Shown piece by piece: positions 60,439 through 64,000 of a stretch of DNA of 64,000 nt; positions within the stretch are counted from its first letter, which is position 1, and every line of letters starts with the position of its first letter. Below the pieces are notes generated by a model. The model saw only the letters and a list, made by a program, of their open reading frames with translations, did not search any database and was not told the origin of the DNA. Source of the DNA: Eledone cirrhosa (Eukaryota). The position numbers and the translations under genes were made by a program. The stretch spans positions 25,048,001 through 25,112,000 of the forward strand of contig OZ024763.1 of the NCBI GenBank assembly GCA_964016885.1. The letters are read 5' to 3'.

Positions 60439-60769
60439 CACGATAATAATAATAAGAAGAAAAGGGAGAAGAGAGATTGTAATACATAGTAATGAGTAAT
60501 GATAACAATACAAAACAATACAAAACAAATATAAACTAGGAACGGTTCCCTAAATAGGAGGGGATGGTGCTTTAGGGTAGATCCAGTGAAAGGACCATTC
60601 TAAACCCTGATTCGTTTTGTCCCCTTACGAATTTTCAAAGGAACCTCTTCTGGTTTACAATAACACCTCACTACCATAGAAATATTATTGTTATTATTAT
60701 TGTAAAATGGCGAACCCAGTAAGCAAGTGTATATAAATATAATTCTGGAATATCAATGTTATTTTTTAC

Positions 60770-61516
<747 letters not shown>

Positions 61517-61518
61517 GT

Positions 61519-61637
61519 GAAGGCGTGTGGCTGAGTGGGTAGAGAATTGGATTCACAATCTTGAGATTGTGAGTTCGATTCCTGGACCGGGCGATGCGTT
61601 ATGTCCTTGAGCAAGTCACTTTATTTCACGTTGCTCC
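61519..61637 (+). mobile_element. tRNA-derived SINE, family B (CORE-like body), homologous to the satellite monomer
   Basis: A box TGGCTGAGTGG at 61,528-61,538 and B box GAGTTCGATTCC at 61,571-61,582, then TATGTCCTTGAGCAAGTCACTTTATTTCACGTTGCTCC at 61,600-61,637. The TCCTTGAGCAAGTCACTT segment resembles the CORE-SINE/MIR motif ACCTTGGGCAAGTCACTT. The 3' end is not defined. Confidence 0.85.
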
Positions 61638-61756
61638 TTCTACCTGGAGTTGCGACCGATAGATAGTATTAGCAACTGGAAAGACCGACGAAAACATTGT
61701 TTCCTCGGTCCGATTTGACGAAAGTCGATCGACTAAAAAAAAAATATATATATATG

Positions 61757-61804
<48 letters not shown>

Positions 61805-61805
61805 A

Positions 61806-61832
<27 letters not shown>

Positions 61833-61840
<8 letters not shown>

Positions 61841-62183
61841 ACTTACCGCATGTGACTTCAAGACCCGGCTATACCAACATAGACATACCTTCCGAAACCC
61901 GGCCCGGCGTCACGCCACTACACTTTCGGGCCACATATGGGACCTCAAGGACAACAACATCACCTATGATCTCACTTGGAGATTACTGTCCAGAGCCAAT
62001 TCTTACACGGGAGGACGCCGACCGTGCAATTTATGCTCGGAGGAAACGTTACAAATGCTGTTTTCGACGGACCAACTCCTAAACAAGAAAGATGAACTGG
62101 TTACTGCATGTAAACATAGATTGCGTAGGACTTACCTCGCCCTCAAACCCCATAATGACCCGGGGGGTAGACTAGGGCTATAA
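61833..62183 (+). pseudogene. Fragment of a PLE GIY-YIG endonuclease domain (116 codons, no start codon)
   Basis: Manual translation: [116 protein letters not shown]. Shows YIGxT, RxxxH, the catalytic E in CxLCxEE, and the conserved LN of GIY-YIG nucleases. Not in the supplied ORF track. Confidence 0.88.
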
Positions 62184-63267
62184 CACCCCACTTGCCGATT
62201 TTGCAATGGGTAACCCCTGCTTGCCATGGGAAACGTAAGATCTTCTTTGTATTCTTTTATCGCTTCCTCTATTTCCTTCCCCCCCCCCTCTCTCCTTAGT
62301 CCTTCTACCCCAGCTCTTCTCCTTTGTCGGCGTCTTTTCTCGCCCACCCGAGGCTGCCCTTTGGCCCCTTGTAGCCTTAGTACCCCCACCCCCTCCCCTA
62401 GTCTATGATAGATTTGGCGGACTCCGCCCTTTATAGCAGTTGGTTTAGACCCCGGATACTTGTCCCCTTTTTCCGACCGCCCTCTATATTTCTTAGTGGC
62501 ACTTATGCCTTATATTTTCGTTTCAGTATTTCTTTCTTCGCTTTTCTTTTGGGCGGGGTGGATTCTGAATTTATTTTTCCTTATTCTACCTTTACTTCGT
62601 ACGAACTTTCATGTAGCTTGTTTTAGATCTTTTAGAGTTAGCATTAGTATATATTTTTCTCGGGACTCAGAATTATTATCTCGTACAAGTTCACTTTGCT
62701 GCACTGGGTGGTTGCTGGCATTGTGCCCGGGATGGAAACCTTTATTGTTTATTTCGTGGTAGTCTCTTTAGTATTTTGGCCCCTTTTGTTGACCCGTCAC
62801 CGTATCATTTACGTACTTATACCTCTTAAAAGGGTCCTTGCCTATTTCGTCCCACCTAGTTCTTTTACTTATTTCGTTATTTCTTTATTTCTTTCTTTAC
62901 TTCTTTCTTTCTTTATTTATTTATTCTAGCCTAACAATAGCTAGCGACCTAGGTCGTAGAATTTAATTTACTTTACTTTTTTCTTTACACTTATTTGCTT
63001 TTCTTCACTCTCAGTATTTTTTCTTTCCTATATATGTCTACCCCCAATTGTTCTACCTACCGTTCCGACTTCCTCCCCCTCCCCCTCCCCTGTATCTTCT
63101 TTGACCTCATGCCCAGCTGTAGCTGGCACTACCAACGCTTGATTGGGTCTACTCCACCCCCTCCCCTCTTTCTCCTACTGGCAGGTTTAGCCACCATCTC
63201 CCGTACTAATTTGCAACCACAGAATTACTACTGATTTTTGACAATCACTTTGACCATATATGGAATT

Positions 63268-63361
63268 ACCCCTTGAGAAGATCGGCTATTTAAATACCAG
63301 GATAAATTTTCATTTAGTCCAGAATTAGCCGTCGAAACGGCTTGAGCTCAGCTGTCGGGGT
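63268..63361 (+). ncRNA. Type I hammerhead ribozyme, U3-A8 core variant
   Basis: Stem I: ACCCC (63,268-72) / GGGGT (63,357-61). Core: TTGAGAA (63,273-79). Stem II: GA(T)CGGCTA / TAGCCGTC. GAAA at 63,334-37. Stem III: ACGGCT / AGCTGT with a self-complementary TGAGCTCA loop. Cleavage triplet GTC, with the predicted cut after C63,356. Confidence 0.8.
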
Positions 63362-63452
63362 CTTACTGGTTCCTATTACCCACTCTACTACCTCAAGTAT
63401 TGAGTACTTTGGTGCGTTATGGTCCACCTGGTTCCTTACCACATTTCCTTCG

Positions 63453-63454
<2 letters not shown>

Positions 63455-63492
<38 letters not shown>

Positions 63493-63741
63493 GTATATAT
63501 ATATAAATAAATATATATATGTATATATATATAAATAAATATATATATGTATATATATATAAATAAATATATATGTAAATAAATATATATATGTATATAT
63601 ATATAAATAAATATATATATAAATATATATATGTATATATATATATATATATATATAAATTATATATATATATGAATAAATATATATATATATATATTAT
63701 AAATAAATATATATAAATAAATATATATATAAATAAATATA

Positions 63742-63788
<47 letters not shown>

Positions 63789-63818
63789 TATATATATATA
63801 TATATATATATAAATTAT

Positions 63819-63886
<68 letters not shown>

Positions 63887-63898
63887 TAAATAAATATA

Positions 63899-63982
<84 letters not shown>
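63455..63982. repeat. (TA)n/(TAAA)n microsatellite
   Basis: Directly visible. Confidence 0.95.
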
Positions 63983-64000
63983 AACACTGTACCAATAGGA

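Larger units (their letters stand above)
61833..63454 (+). mobile_element. 5'-truncated Penelope-like retroelement inserted in (TA)n
   Basis: GIY-YIG endonuclease C-terminal fragment, a pyrimidine-rich 3' UTR of about 1.1 kb, and a hammerhead-bearing terminus that recurs at 54,859 and 58,079. (TA)n lies on both sides. GIY-YIG plus a terminal hammerhead is the established signature of PLEs. Confidence 0.88.

Noticed and set aside
61519-61590. Functional tRNA gene
   Set aside because: A and B boxes are present, but there is no well-paired acceptor stem and the sequence runs straight into a SINE body.
61852-63234. ORF-track calls at 61852-62082, 62132-62389, 62226-62408, 62405-62626, 62460-62762, 62696-62929 and 62995-63234
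   Set aside because: The first is an off-frame shadow of the GIY-YIG fragment. The rest are low-complexity translations of the pyrimidine-rich PLE 3' UTR.

Overview
Eukaryotic, gene-free repeat region. The (TA)n-saturated flank and the SINE motifs suggest an octopus or other mollusc genome; this is recalled resemblance, not a database result. Bases 1-~54,774 are one head-to-tail satellite of about 1,217 copies of a 45-bp monomer (consensus TCACGTTACTCCAGTCCACTGTGTCCTT[C/G]AACAAGACACTTTATT). It carries nested higher-order duplications (10,754 bp, 5,087 bp and smaller), and its giant ORFs are artefacts of the 15-codon unit. The monomer matches the body of a tRNA-derived SINE that survives as a single copy at 61,519-61,637, so the satellite appears SINE-derived. 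The last 9.2 kb is (TA)n/(TATG)n microsatellite containing: three or four copies of a second SINE family; a 5'-truncated Penelope-like element (PLE) at 61,833-63,454 with a GIY-YIG endonuclease fragment missed by the ORF track and a complete type I hammerhead ribozyme with a U3-A8 variant core; and several short palindromic PLE-terminus insertions that keep only the 3' half of a hammerhead. All alignments and folds were done by eye.
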